NCBI GenBank assembly: GCA_013416795.1
Contig: RQSC01000028.1
Coordinates: 887,885-938,600 of the forward strand
From: Prasinococcaceae sp. CCMP 1430
Taxonomy: Eukaryota > Plantae > Prasinodermophyta
Direction: 5' to 3'
Length of the DNA stretch: 50,716 bases
Shown here piece by piece: positions 9,860 through 21,169 of the stretch. The notes below the pieces were generated by a model that saw only the letters and a list, made by a program, of their open reading frames with translations, ran no database searches and was not told the origin of the DNA. Numbering within the stretch: the stretch's first letter is position 1; each line of letters starts with the position of its first letter. A program made the translations under genes and the position numbers.

Positions 9860-12049
9860 GACTCGGTGCGCTCGCCCGCAGGCGCTCCCTTTGGATCGCT
9901 GCGGCGCCAATCCGGAGGCAGGGACGCGGGTCCCACAGTGGCATTCGGCAGCAGTGGCCTGGGCGGGCTCTACGCCGACTTCGAAGGGCCCCCCTCGATC
10001 TCTCTCAAAGCGCCGCTGGCACCCACAAACACAAACACTTTGCGCAGGGATGCGATGGGCCAGGCTGCCAGCAAGCGTGCGAAGCAACTGGCCGCGGCGG
10101 CCGCCTCGGGCGCGGCGTTGCGTCCCGCGGGCGGCGGGCTCAATGACTGCGACCAGAAGGTGCTCGACTACGTGCGGCGGCTGCCGTTGAGCGAGAAGTG
10201 CGATCCCAAGGCTGCGGCGAAGGCACTGCGCATATACAACGCCAAACAGATCGCGGGCTCGCTCAACTTCCTGGCGAGCGAGCACCTCATTTCGCCTTCC
10301 CACAGAAGCATCACGACGTCAGCCGCGGGGGAGCCGGGCGGCGTCTTCACGCTCCCGGAGCCGGAAGCCGTTGACGCTGACCCGTGGTCGCCGACCGAAG
10401 AGCGTCGAAAGCAAGAGGCGCGAACCAAGGCGGTCATCGAGCAGCGCAAAGAGCAGCGAGACCTCGACGAGGCGATCGCTCGCAGCAAGAAGACAGTGAG
10501 GCAGGAAGAGGAACGGCGCGCAAGTGGGTCTGGCGTTGGAACGCCGAATGTGTCGTGTGGGGGCAGCCAGAGCTTTCCGTGGACTCCTGGAAGCGGGCTG
10601 CTGCGCGGCGGTTGCGACCTGAGCCCCGGCGCGGATGGGACGGACACAGGGCCGAGCCCCTCACCCACCCCGCAGCTGCGCATTCGCTTCCCACAGGAGC
10701 CCCCGAAGGACGCATCCCATGTGATTGACCTCCTGTCGGACGAGAGTGACGACGAGGACGATGATGACACGCGCGAGCTGCTCGCAGCGGGTCTCGCACC
10801 TCCTGTCGCGCGAGCTCCAGTGCATGCGCCCCCGGCGGCGCCCGCCACAGTGCCCGCTGCTGTGCTTGGCGCTGCAGGATCTTCCTTGGATAGTGCACCA
10901 CCTGCACCGGCATTGGGGCATGCACCCCGCACAGTGCCAGCGCAAGAGCGTGCCGCGGTGGCGCCCGTCCAGCCGCAGCCTCTCGCTGCCCCGTTTCGCA
11001 CCATGGCGTCTCGCCCGCCGAGGCAGCACTCGCAGAGTTCGCAGGACCCTAACCCGCAGCAGATGTGTTCGCTCCAGCAGGGCTCGCAGCCACTGTGGCG
11101 GGCGCCACGCAACGAGCTGTACTCCCAAGACGAGGACGGCGATGCGCTGCCATGCAGCCACCTGCCGATTCGCGCGCCGCCGCGTCTTCTGGGGGCCGAC
11201 CGCAACGCTCGCTTCCGCGAGCACTTCGACGTGATCCTGCTCGTTGACAATCGGGAGCAATTCTCGCGCGTCAATGGCAGTCGCATAGCGGGTGACGTCC
11301 TGGCTGAGCTCAATGCGGAGGCGGGGGTCGTCGCTGAGCAGCGCTCTCTCGAGACAGGCGACGCCCTGTGGATTGCGCGGCGCAGGAGCAATCCGACGGA
11401 GGAGTACGTCCTCGACTACGTCCTCGAACGCAAGCGCGTCGACGACCTAGCCAGCAGCATCCGATCCAAGAATCGCTACGCCGAGCAGAAGTACTACATG
11501 CGCGCTTCCGGCCTGCGCAGGTGCCTGTACCTCGTTGAGGGCGATCCGGACACCCTTGGGTCGTCGTCGTCGTGTGCAGCCGTGAAGACCGCGTCCGTGC
11601 AGACGGAGGTCTTTTCAGGCTTCACCGTGGTGCGCACGATGAACTTGCACGAGACGCGCAAGTACTACGCCTGCTTCACACGCATGATCACGGAGGAGGT
11701 TGCCGGCATCTGGGAGCGCGCTATGCAGACCGGGTCTGACGGTGATGAGACGTTGGCCACCTGGTCGCAGCTCAAGGCCCGCATGAGCGAGGCGAAGACG
11801 CTGACGGTTGGCATGGTGTGGGGCCTCATGCTCGCGCAGACGCCGACGCTCACGGGCAAGGTCGCTGAGGCCATCACCGCGCTGTATCCCACGCCGAAGG
11901 CGCTCATTGCCGAGTACGAGGCGCAGCTGCGAAGCCGCGGCGAGGGGGCTGCGCGCGAGATGTTCAAGGACATGCGCGTGCCAGGTCTTGTGAAGTGCCT
12001 CGGCAAGAAGAAGAGCTCGACCATATATGACATGGTGATGGGCCGGTGA
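9350..12049 (+). CDS. MUS81: Crossover-junction endonuclease MUS81, 899 aa, intronless
   Basis: N-terminal winged-helix motif YEPKYRSAPFAFLITL; ERCC4 nuclease motifs VILLVDNRE, GDALW, ERKRVDDLASSI, RYAEQK, YLVEG; C-terminal HhH-like region. Confidence 0.93.
9809..9856 (+). repeat. (CAG)16 poly-Q tract in MUS81
   Basis: Perfect in-frame CAG run. Confidence 0.97.
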
Positions 12050-12334
12050 CCCCTACGACCTCGGCCGCCGCGGCACCGGACGCGCAGCGCAGCCGGCGCG
12101 CCCCTGCGCTCAGGGCCATTTGCAATGATGACTAATACATGTACTGTACTTTAAGTTCAGCGCAGATGCCTGCCGCGGCGACGCGCCGTGCGTCCTCGCG
12201 GGCGGAACATATGCTCGGACTCCTCCGTCGATGCGACCCTTCGGTCGGCATGCAGTCCCCAACAATGCTGTGTGGCTCGTGCGTGCGCTCACTGCGCACA
12301 CTGTGGGCACGCGCAGGGCATTAGCTCTCGGCTC

Positions 12335-13355
12335 TCACGCGGCCGCCAGGTCTTGGATGGACGCCGAGCGCTTCATGGCTGTGGCGAGGTCTTCGAGGTT
12401 GCCGTGCGACGCAGTGCGGCATTCCTCCACCGCGCGCTGCGCCGCCTGCTCACCCCCTCTGTCATCGGCGCCGCCGTCGCGCGACTGCTCTTGGTTGTCG
12501 TCAGCTGCAGCCTCGCGCGCCTCCGCGCCGGCGTCTCGCGCGCCCGTGCAGAGGTCGGCGCGGTCGAAGTCAAGCAGCGTTCCGCTTCCGGACCCGTCCT
12601 TGTCCGACACGAAAAACGTGCCCGCTGGGAACACGTCCACGTCTGCGGCTTGTTCTTCGAGGAGGTCGCGCGAGCTCGCAAAGAGCAGGCCGTCACCCAT
12701 CGTGGGGCTGCCCCAGAAGAGCTGTTCGTTGCCGTTTCTGTCGCGCGCGGCCACTGTGCGGTTCTCGCTCGAGTCGTACAGGACGAAGGCGAATCGGCCG
12801 TGCATGCCGCCCAGCAGCGCCGCTGGTGCCGCGGTCGGCTCCGCACCTGTAGACAGGACTCCGCTGCCGCCTCCGAACTGAGGATGCTCCCAATCGCACT
12901 TCCTGTACGCCTTTATCACGTCGAGTGCGTCGTGCTGCGGCGTGCGCTCGCTCTCGGGCGGGCGTTCGAAGGCCCCGCTCAAGACCACGGTGAGCGGTCC
13001 GTCGCGGGCGACCTGTGTTTGTTGTATTGCCGGCACGAGCGCGAGCGGCGCGGCCACCAGCAGAGGTCAGCCTCACTCAGCAGGGTGCCCTCGGCGACAT
13101 GCTCCTGCAGGAGCCGCGGGCAGGCGCAGGCGCAGCCGGTCGCACCTCTACCACGCCGTCGAGCCACGCCATGCCATTGGCGGGGTCCAGGAGCAGGGTC
13201 TCCACCTGGGAACGATGCCGGTGCGGGAGGCTTTCGGCGAGCGCGCCGAGCGCCTCCTCCACGGCGTCCTCCTGCGCCGAGACTGAGGCTTCGCCCACCA
13301 TCTTGCGGACTTTCGGTGAGCGCGCCACCTTGCTGCGGCCGTACACGGTCAACAT
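12335..13355 (-). CDS. DUF3700 / TSJT1 / aluminium-induced-protein family (Ntn-hydrolase-like); intron 13145-13013
   Basis: MLTVYG start; GRFAFVLYD...AARD...LFWG...FPAG motifs; phase-0 GT-AG intron with GCTGAC branch. Confidence 0.85.
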
Positions 13356-14150
13356 GGCGGAGCGCACGCGCAGCGTCTAGAGCGCACAACAGCCCAGTCG
13401 AGCGCGCGTTCGCCCTCCGCCCGCGCGAGGACGCGAGGCCCGCAACCGCCTCTCCGCGCCCGTTATTATTTTCCCTGCGTTGTCGCTGTGATACCAAGTA
13501 CACAAACTCGTTGCGCAAAGGGCCGAGCGTGAGCGACCCCCCCCCCCCCCCACTGGGAGCCACCCAGGGGGCTGGAGAGCGCGCGCCGAGGTGCGAGGCC
13601 GCGCTCTCCGAGGCGCGTGCGAGGACGGCGCGCCGCCGCCGGCGCCTCGTGCGTGCCAGCGCGCGCGCGAGAGAGAGAGAGACGCGCACGCGGCGCGCGC
13701 ATGGCGCGGGCGTCGCCGGCAGCTCGGTGGTGCGGTCGGCATGATGCGGTGTGAAGCACCGTTACGAGGCGTGTGGCTCGCCGCTCTCACCTCTCTTATC
13801 CTTCGTTGCCTACATGCGCGCCGTGCACGTTCCGGCGCATTAAGGCGTGTCGGCGGTGGGTGGTGCGGTCAGTCATCGCAGAGGCGATGCCGAGCACGGC
13901 GGGTGCGCGAATCCGTTCTCTCACTCTCCACGCGTCGTGCGCCCCGGCTCGCGAGGGACGCCGGCAAATCTTGGCCTCTCTGTAATCGACGGGAAGAACT
14001 GCGCGCGACTCCCGTCGCTCTCTCACAACCTTCGTCGCCAAGATGCGCGTCGCCCTCTCACCTCCTCCTCCCCCGCGCATGGGAGGAACTCGCTCAGACG
14101 CGGTCATCGCGAGAAGTGCTTGGCCATCTCGGACTCTCTGGCATCGATCC

Positions 14151-14975
14151 TCATTTGCCAGCGTCAACCAAGAAGATGATGTCGCAGAGCGGACCCGCCC
14201 ACTCGCCGATGCAATTGCAGATGACACCGACGTCGCCGTTTCCGAGCTGTTCCGTTGCGCAGGTGCCGCCGTTTTGGCAGCGGCACGCACAGGTGCCAGC
14301 CTCGCACGTGCCGAGGTCATCGCCGCTGCCGCATGGTAGACCGTCGTCTTCAGGCGCAGGGACGCACTCTCCGTCGTCAGGGTTGCACACGTTGCACTCG
14401 TCGCAAGTGACCGTGTCGCACACAAGCACCCCTGGGCCATCGGGAGTGATGATCTCTATGCCGCAACCGCCGGAGACACACTTGCCAGTCTCGCTGCCGC
14501 TGCCGCAAGGCACGCCGTCTTCCATCGGCTCGCATTCGCCGGTGGTAGGATTGCAGGGACCCTCGCAGTACAGAGCGTTGCACAGCACCCCCTCGCACGG
14601 GTCGACGGTCTCTACCTCAAACTCGATCTCCTTGACGCAGCTTCCAGACTCGCACTTGCCACCGTCGCTGCCGCCGCAGGGCACGCCGTCTTCGAGCAGC
14701 TCGCATTCGCCGGTCGCAATATTGCAGGGACCCTCGCAGAGGCCGTCGCACGTCACATCGCGGCACGGGTCGACGGTCTCTACCTCAAACTCGATCTCCT
14801 TGACGCAGCCTCCAGCCTCGCACTTGCCACCGTCGCTGCCGCATGGTAGACCGTCGTCGTCAAGCGCAGGGACGCACTCTCCGTCGTCAGGGTTGCACAC
14901 GTTGCACTCGTCGCAAGTGACCGTGTCGCACACAAGCACCCCTGGGCCATCGGGAGTGATGATCTCTATGCCGCA
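14151..14975 (-). CDS. Partial cysteine-rich extracellular repeat protein ending in an EGF-like domain; 5' truncated at N 14976
   Basis: Repeated modules of the form C..C..C..CNP..G.C.....DG.PC.....G.C..G.C, then CRCQNGGTC...C.C...WAGPLC. Confidence 0.85.
   Translation of the reverse strand, partial: CGIEIITPDGPGVLVCDTVTCDECNVCNPDDGECVPALDDDGLPCGSDGGKCEAGGCVKEIEFEVETVDPCRDVTCDGLCEGPCNIATGECELLEDGVPCGGSDGGKCESGSCVKEIEFEVETVDPCEGVLCNALYCEGPCNPTTGECEPMEDGVPCGSGSETGKCVSGGCGIEIITPDGPGVLVCDTVTCDECNVCNPDDGECVPAPEDDGLPCGSGDDLGTCEAGTCACRCQNGGTCATEQLGNGDVGVICNCIGEWAGPLCDIIFLVDAGK
14324..14975 (-). repeat. Near-identical coding repeats: about 142-bp copies 510 bp apart (14324-14465, 14834-14975) and 46-bp copies 168 bp apart (14596, 14764)
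   Basis: Direct comparison shows 2 mismatches in the long copies. Confidence 0.9.
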
Positions 14976-15330
14976 NCACCGCCACCACCACCACACACAC
15001 TCACACACACCCGCTCGCCCACCGGCCCCCCTCGCCCGCGCGGGGGGCCGGGTCGGTGGCGCGGATGAGTGGGGGCGCAGCGCGCTCGCGGCTTCTTTTT
15101 GCGTACCGCGGGCCGCCGCCCGCCCCGGAGAGCGCGCCCGCGCGCCCCGCGCGCCCCGCGCGCCCGCGCTGGTGCAGGCGTTGGAGCGTGACGCGCGTGG
15201 GAGAGGGCGCTTGCGCTGCGAGGGGCGACGGTGCATGCTGTTGTGCTCACACCACTCCCGTCACACACACGCACGCGCGCACACACACCACCACCACCAC
15301 CAGGCCATTCTCGGAGGCCTCGGCGGTAGC

Positions 15331-16665
15331 ATGGGCGGCATGGAGTGGATCGTCGACGACCAAGACGGGTCGGTCGACACGCCACCGGGCGGTTCGCCCG
15401 GCGGCCTCACCTCTGCCGCAGGCATTCCCATGCCGGTGACGGGCCTGGCGGTTCCCCCCACGGCGATAGGCGGCATGCCGCACCCGAACGCTGCCGTGTC
15501 GCTCCTGCCCCCCGGCATGGGGGCGATGAGCGCCGGGCTCGGCATGTCGCGCGCGTTTTCAACGGGCGACCTGCGCCGCGCCGAGCAGTACGCGTCGTAC
15601 ATGCGCGACCTCGGCGTGGGCGCGGCAGGGACCTCGTCCGCGGGTGGGCTGCTCGCGCCAGGCGCGGGCCCTGGCCTCTTCCCGGCGCTCGCCGGCGTGG
15701 GCATCGACACCATCGCCGAGGTGAGCGGAGGCGCGGCTGGCGGCAAGGACAGCGCGCGCGCGGCCGCCGCGGCCGACCCGGGCGGCGACGAGGCGGGCAC
15801 GTCAGGCGGCAGGGTGGGGAGCGCGGGACCGACCGCGGCACCGGCACCGGCGAGCACCATGGCTGGCCTGAACGCCCACGAGCGCGACCTTGTGTCGCAG
15901 CTGGGCAGCGTCCTAGGCGCGGCGGGTGGGGCGTACGGGGTTTACGCGCCCGGGGGCGTGGGCGTGGGTGCGGGGATGCCGGCCGGCGGTGAGCCGCTGG
16001 GCTTCCCTGAGATGCTCTCGCTCGACGACGACCTCAGGGTCGCCTACCACCCGTCCGCGCGTGCGACGGCGGCGATCGGCGCGAGCGCTGCCGCGATGCG
16101 GCGCTCGCAGTCGACTGGCGATCTCGCGAGGCTGAGGGCCATGCACGACGCGGGCGCCGCGGGCATCAACGCCGCCGGTGCGGATGCTCGCCTCATCGGC
16201 TCGTACACGCGCGCCGAGCGGGACGAGCGCATCCGCATCTACCGAGAGAAGCGCTACACGCGCAACTTCAACAGGCGCATCAAGTACGTCTGCCGCAAGA
16301 CGCTCGCCGACTCGCGGCCGCGCGTGCGTGGCCGCTTCGCGCGGCACGACGTCCCGCTCGAGGAGCAACAGGCGGCCGCAGGCGTCGGCAAAGATGGCAA
16401 GGCGGGGGGTGGCAAGGCCAAGGCTGCGGCGAGCAAGGCAGCCAAGACCGGGGCGGGTGCCGACTCCAAGGCCGGCGCAAGTGGAAGCAGGTCCGGCAGC
16501 AAGGGGGTAGCCAAGAGCCGCAGCGGCAGCAGGAAAAGCTCGGGTGCGGCAGCCGCTGACAAGGGCACGGCGGGCAAGCCCAAGTCGTCGAGGTCGGGCG
16601 CCAGGAAGCCCGCGGCGGCGACCATGCCCGCGCCTGCCGCGACTGCCACGCCGGTGGCAGTTTGA
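15331..16665 (+). CDS. CCT-motif (CONSTANS/CO-like/TOC1) family protein
   Basis: ERDERIRIYREKRYTRNFNRRIKYVCRKTLADSRPRVRGRFAR; RAFSTGDL and RSQSTGDL motifs. Start uncertain, since there is a possible acceptor at 15303. Confidence 0.9.
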   Translation: MGGMEWIVDDQDGSVDTPPGGSPGGLTSAAGIPMPVTGLAVPPTAIGGMPHPNAAVSLLPPGMGAMSAGLGMSRAFSTGDLRRAEQYASYMRDLGVGAAGTSSAGGLLAPGAGPGLFPALAGVGIDTIAEVSGGAAGGKDSARAAAAADPGGDEAGTSGGRVGSAGPTAAPAPASTMAGLNAHERDLVSQLGSVLGAAGGAYGVYAPGGVGVGAGMPAGGEPLGFPEMLSLDDDLRVAYHPSARATAAIGASAAAMRRSQSTGDLARLRAMHDAGAAGINAAGADARLIGSYTRAERDERIRIYREKRYTRNFNRRIKYVCRKTLADSRPRVRGRFARHDVPLEEQQAAAGVGKDGKAGGGKAKAAASKAAKTGAGADSKAGASGSRSGSKGVAKSRSGSRKSSGAAAADKGTAGKPKSSRSGARKPAAATMPAPAATATPVAV

Positions 16666-16818
16666 GCGGGTCCCGTTCCACGAAAGCCCCCCGTGTGCGC
16701 ACTAACCACCCGCGCACACACCATTGTAGCGACCAGCGACCCACATGTAGAGAGCCATCGACACACACGCACGCGCGCGCGCACGGAAGTGCTCGCGCGC
16801 ACACACGTACGAATTCGT

Positions 16819-16844
16819 ACACACACACACACACACACACACAC
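16819..16844. repeat. (AC)n microsatellite
   Basis: Seen directly. Confidence 0.95.
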
Positions 16845-17014
16845 GTGTCTTATGGCGCCACCGACTGGCCTGTGGCAAGTCCAGGCCAGCCTTTGTTCAT
16901 TAATTTTGGATTGCCAAAGCCTCGGCGGCGGGCCGCGTGTGTCTGGCGCTGTCGGCGCCGCGCCCACACCTCGCGCGCGGCGCGCGCGACAGCGTGCGGC
17001 CGCGCAGGGAAGCC

Positions 17015-18189
17015 ATGCCACCGCCGTGGCCCCGCGACGAGTCGGCGAGCCTCGACCTTGCGTCGCCGTCGCTAGGCGACGCCGAGCGCGCGCGCGCTCG
17101 GCGGAGGCATCACCAACGGCCTCGCGGTGGTGTCGGGCGGCAGCGCGGGCGCGCCGCAGCTGGTGGTGCGGGTGTTCGGCGACGGCACCGACGCTTTCAT
17201 CGACAGGGGCGCCGAGGAGGCAGCGCTCGCCGCCGCGCGCGACGCCGGCCTCGGCGCAGCCGTGCTGGGCGCCTTCAGCGGCGGCCGTTTTGAGCGCTTC
17301 CTTGAGGGCGCACGCACCGCCGAGCCGGCTGAGCTCGGCGAGGAGCCGCTCGCGAGCGCCGCGCCGCGCCTGCTGCGCGCTGTGCACGCGCTGGCGCCCG
17401 ACCTCGGGCCCGGCGGCGAGGGCGCCCCCGGGCGGCCGTCGCTTTGGAGGCGCCTCCGCCGCTGGCTCGACACTGCGGAGAGGGAGGTGGGCGCGCAGGA
17501 AGGCGCCGCGGGCGGCGCACCACCCGCATTCGACTTCGCGGCTTGGCGGGCTGAGCTGGCGTGGCTGGAGGACTTCTGCGCGCGAGTGGACTCGCCGGTG
17601 GTCTTCTGCCATAACGATGCGCTCGCGGCCAACTTCATGGTGGGCGTGCCCCCCGAGGAGGGCGGCGTGCTCGCCGCCGACGGCGCCACGCGCGTGCAGC
17701 TCATCGACTTCGAGTACGGCGGCTACAGCTACCGCGGCTTCGACCTCGGCAACCACTTCGTCGAGTATGCAGGCTTCGAGTGCGACTGGTCGCGCTACCC
17801 GGCAGAGGCGCGGCGAAGGGCCTTCTGCAAGGAGTACCTTGGCGAGGACGCGTCCGACGAGCAGGTGTCCGCGCTCGTTTTGGAGGCGTCCGCCTTCGCC
17901 CTGGCGAGTCACCAGTTCTGGGGGATTTGGGCGGCGCTCCAGTCAGTGCACTCCAAGATCGACTTCGACTACAAGTGCGAGCGCGCGAGCGCGGGCGCCG
18001 GCGCCGGCGCGTTCTGGCATTGCCGCGTAGGCTGTGTGATGCGTGCGCCTGACACGCGCGGGTGCGCGCGTACGCCACGCGTGCGCCACGCTCGCCTGCG
18101 CGCCCGCACACAGGACGTACGCCAACGAGCGCTGGGCGCAGTACCTGGTCATGAAGCCCGAGGTCGTCGCGGCGGTCGACAGCCCCTGA
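17015..18189 (+). CDS. Choline/ethanolamine kinase; intron 17975-18113; apparent frameshift near 17086-17097
   Basis: GGITN, VVRVFG, FCHND, LIDFEY, FDLGNHFVEY and FWGIWA motifs; splicing gives IDFDYK-TYANERW. ATG 17015 is out of frame with GGITN. Confidence 0.88.
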
Positions 18190-18367
18190 GCGCAGCGGCT
18201 GCCTGTGCATTTCGGGTAGTGTGGACTTCTGTATCAATAACGTGGGTTACGTCACAATTGTATAGCGGGGGGGCGCGCGGCTCCCCCCTCCCCTTTCGCC
18301 AATGTGCGAGCGGGGAGATACACGCGCTGGGCGGGAGCGGGCGGGCGGCGCGAGCGGGCAAGCTCGC

Positions 18368-20892
18368 TCACTCGTCCTCGACCTCGCCGAGCAGGTTGGC
18401 GCCCGTGTCGACCTCGGGCACGCGGTACCCCACACCTATGGTCGGCAGCGGCTCGCCCTTGAACCCGTCGAGCAGGTCGGAGCGATCGCACACGCGCACG
18501 AGCATCTCGTCGGTGAGCACCCCTGACTGGGCGAGCACCTGACCCGCGTCGGTGTCGGGCCTCAGCAAAGCGATGATGTCCTCCTTGCTCGCAGTCACGG
18601 CCCGCTTGTCGTTGTCATAGTCCTGCTTGAAGTTGCCTTTGGTGATGACGATCTTCTCCAGCTTGAGCTTGTCCTTGGCGCGCGCGAGCATCTTGCCATC
18701 CACCGAGTTGGCCGTCGCCAGCCGGTACACGTGCACGGGCTTCGTCTGGCCGATGCGATGGCACCTGTCCATGGCCTGCATGTCCTGGTGGGGGTTCCAG
18801 TCCGAGTCGTAGATGATGACCGTGTCCGCGGAGGTGAGGTTGATGCCCAGCCCGCCCGCGCGCGTCGACAGCAGGAAGACGCCGTGCTCCTTATCATTGT
18901 TGAAGCTCTCGATGCGCTCCTGGCGCGTCGCCTGCGGGACACTGCCGTCGATGCGGAAGGTGTTGTAGCCGCGCTCCTCGAGGAAGTAGCCCAACAGGTC
19001 CAGCATTTTGGTCATCTGCGAAAACATGAGCACCTTGTGGTTGCCCTTGCGCAAGTGGCTGAGCAGCCTGTCAACCAGCTGCATCTTGCCGCAGTCGTCG
19101 AGCAGCTTCTGCACTGGCGGGAAGAAGATGTCCTGCTCGAAGGGCGCGGTGATGAGGTCGGGGTGGTTGGCGTTCTTGCGGAGCTGCATGACCGTGTTGC
19201 GGAACGACGCCAGCGTCGAGCTCGTGTACATGGCCTGCTTCTGGCGCATGACCGCCTCGAGGGTCTTCTCCGTGAGCTGCTTGTTGAAGTCGGCCTGCAC
19301 GGGGGTCATGTGAGCGTACAAGATGATTTCCTTCTTCTTCGGCAGGTCTTTCGCCACCTCGGTTTTGAGCCTGCGCAGCACAAATGGCCTCATGATGTTG
19401 TGCAGCTTCTTCACCACCAGGTCGCGCTGCTCGTCGACCGAGTCCGCGTTGAAGTCGAACCAGCTCTCGAAGTCGTCCAGGCTGCCGAAGACGTCGGGCA
19501 TGATGAAGTTGAGTAGCGACCACAGCTCCTTCAGGTTGTTCTGCAGCGGCGTGCCCGACAGCAGGAGACGGTTGTCAGTGGACAGCGTCTTGAGCTCCTT
19601 GAACAGCCGGCACTCGTGGTTCTTCAGCCGGTGACCCTCATCGACGACGATGTACTTGTAGTGGAGCTTACGCAGGTACCTGATCTCGCTCAGGCACACC
19701 TCGAAGGAGGTCACGATGAGTGGGAAATTCTTGTTGTCTATCTCGTTGATCACCGTCCTCTTGCCCTCCCCGTCAGTGCCCCACACCTTCTCGGGCATCA
19801 ATCTGTCCAGCTCGTCCTTGAGCTCCTTACGCTTTTCCTTGTCGCCGTGGAAGAGCATCACGGGGAAGTCCGGGCAGAACCTCTTGACCTCCTTGACCCA
19901 GTTAGCGAGCGTTGAGAGAGGCGCCAGGATGAGAAACTTCTGCGTGATGCTCTTGGAGCGCAGGTGGGCCAGGAACGAGATGGTCTGCAGCGTCTTGCCC
20001 AGCCCCATCTGGTCCGCCAGGATGCCGTTGAGCCCGTTCTGCCACAGCGCGATCATCCACTTGACGCCCTTGAGCTGGTACTCGCGCAGTGCGCCACCCG
20101 TCAGGAGCGGCATGAGCTCTGTCTGCTCCTTCATGAGATCCTCGTCGGAGCGCGCCATCACCTTGCGCTTCTTCGTGGCACTGGCCCCTTGCACCTTGTT
20201 CTCGACGTTTGTCATCTGCTCACTCAGGAAGTCCGTGAACAGCGCCGACTGATCGAGCAGGTGGTTGAGCTCCTGGAACTTGTCCTTGCTGAGATTCTCC
20301 TGGGTGCCGCCTGCATCCCCGCCTGCGGCCATGCGCTCCGCGGCGAGCCGCTTCTCCTCTTCGGCGGCCTTTTCCATGCCAGGCACCTGCACACGGGGCG
20401 CACAGGGGAGGGGGGTGGGGGGCGAATTCGAGGAGGCTCCACCCCGTCAGAAGCTGTTCAAGAGCTACGTTGCATGCGCGCGTGGCACAGCCACGGCCGC
20501 TGCTGGCGACGACGCGCCAATCTGCACGCGCGCACGCCTAAGGGGATTGGGGGTCGGTTGTGGGAAGGAAGTGGGGATGCTGGGTGTGGGGCGTGGGGTG
20601 TGGGGTGTGGGGTGTGGGTGCACGGCACGGCGGCGGCATCTGGTGCGCCCGTGCGCGAGCCGGAGACACAAGAACAACTCGCGACAGCACACCGTCGGAC
20701 ACGCCCCGCGCGCGCCGCGCCACACGCCGCGCCACGCACATAGTCAAGGTCTTCCTCGTCCGACACCGCTCCGCCATTCTCGCCGCTGTTGTCGCTCTCG
20801 CCACCCGCCGCGCGCATCCGCCGCACGCCGCCCTTGTCCTCGGCGACACCGCCCGCGCCGGCGCCGTTGGCGAGCGCCGCCATCGCCGCCAT
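18368..20892 (-). CDS. DDM1: SNF2-family chromatin remodeller DDM1/HELLS; exons 20892-20740 and 20386-18368
   Basis: GILADQMGLGKT (the Q variant typical of DDM1), DEGHRLKN, LLSGTPLQNNL, LSTRAGGLGINL, DRCHRIGQTKPVHVYRL; phase-0 intron. Confidence 0.92.
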
Positions 20893-21169
20893 CGCTGCCG
20901 CCGCGCCTCGTTATGCGCGGAGCCCCCGCGCCTGTCTTGCCTCCCGCGCGCTCGCGCCCGCGAGGCCTCCCTCGCGACCCCGCCGCCACGCTGTCGCGTC
21001 CACAATCCAGCTGCCGACGGCGGCAGCGACGACGGCGACGGCGACGGCCGACGCGACACTCCCCCGCAACTTCCCCTCAGCAGTCCCTCCCCCCCCCTCC
21101 CTCTCCCGCCGTGGCNTCACCTCGCACCCCGCGCGCCCGCGGCGCGCGCGCCGAAATCCGCTCCCCGCC

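Noticed and set aside
14324-14975. Direct repeats as a CRISPR array or LTRs
   Set aside because: The repeats are in frame within a eukaryotic coding sequence; no unique spacers, TSDs or transposon genes.
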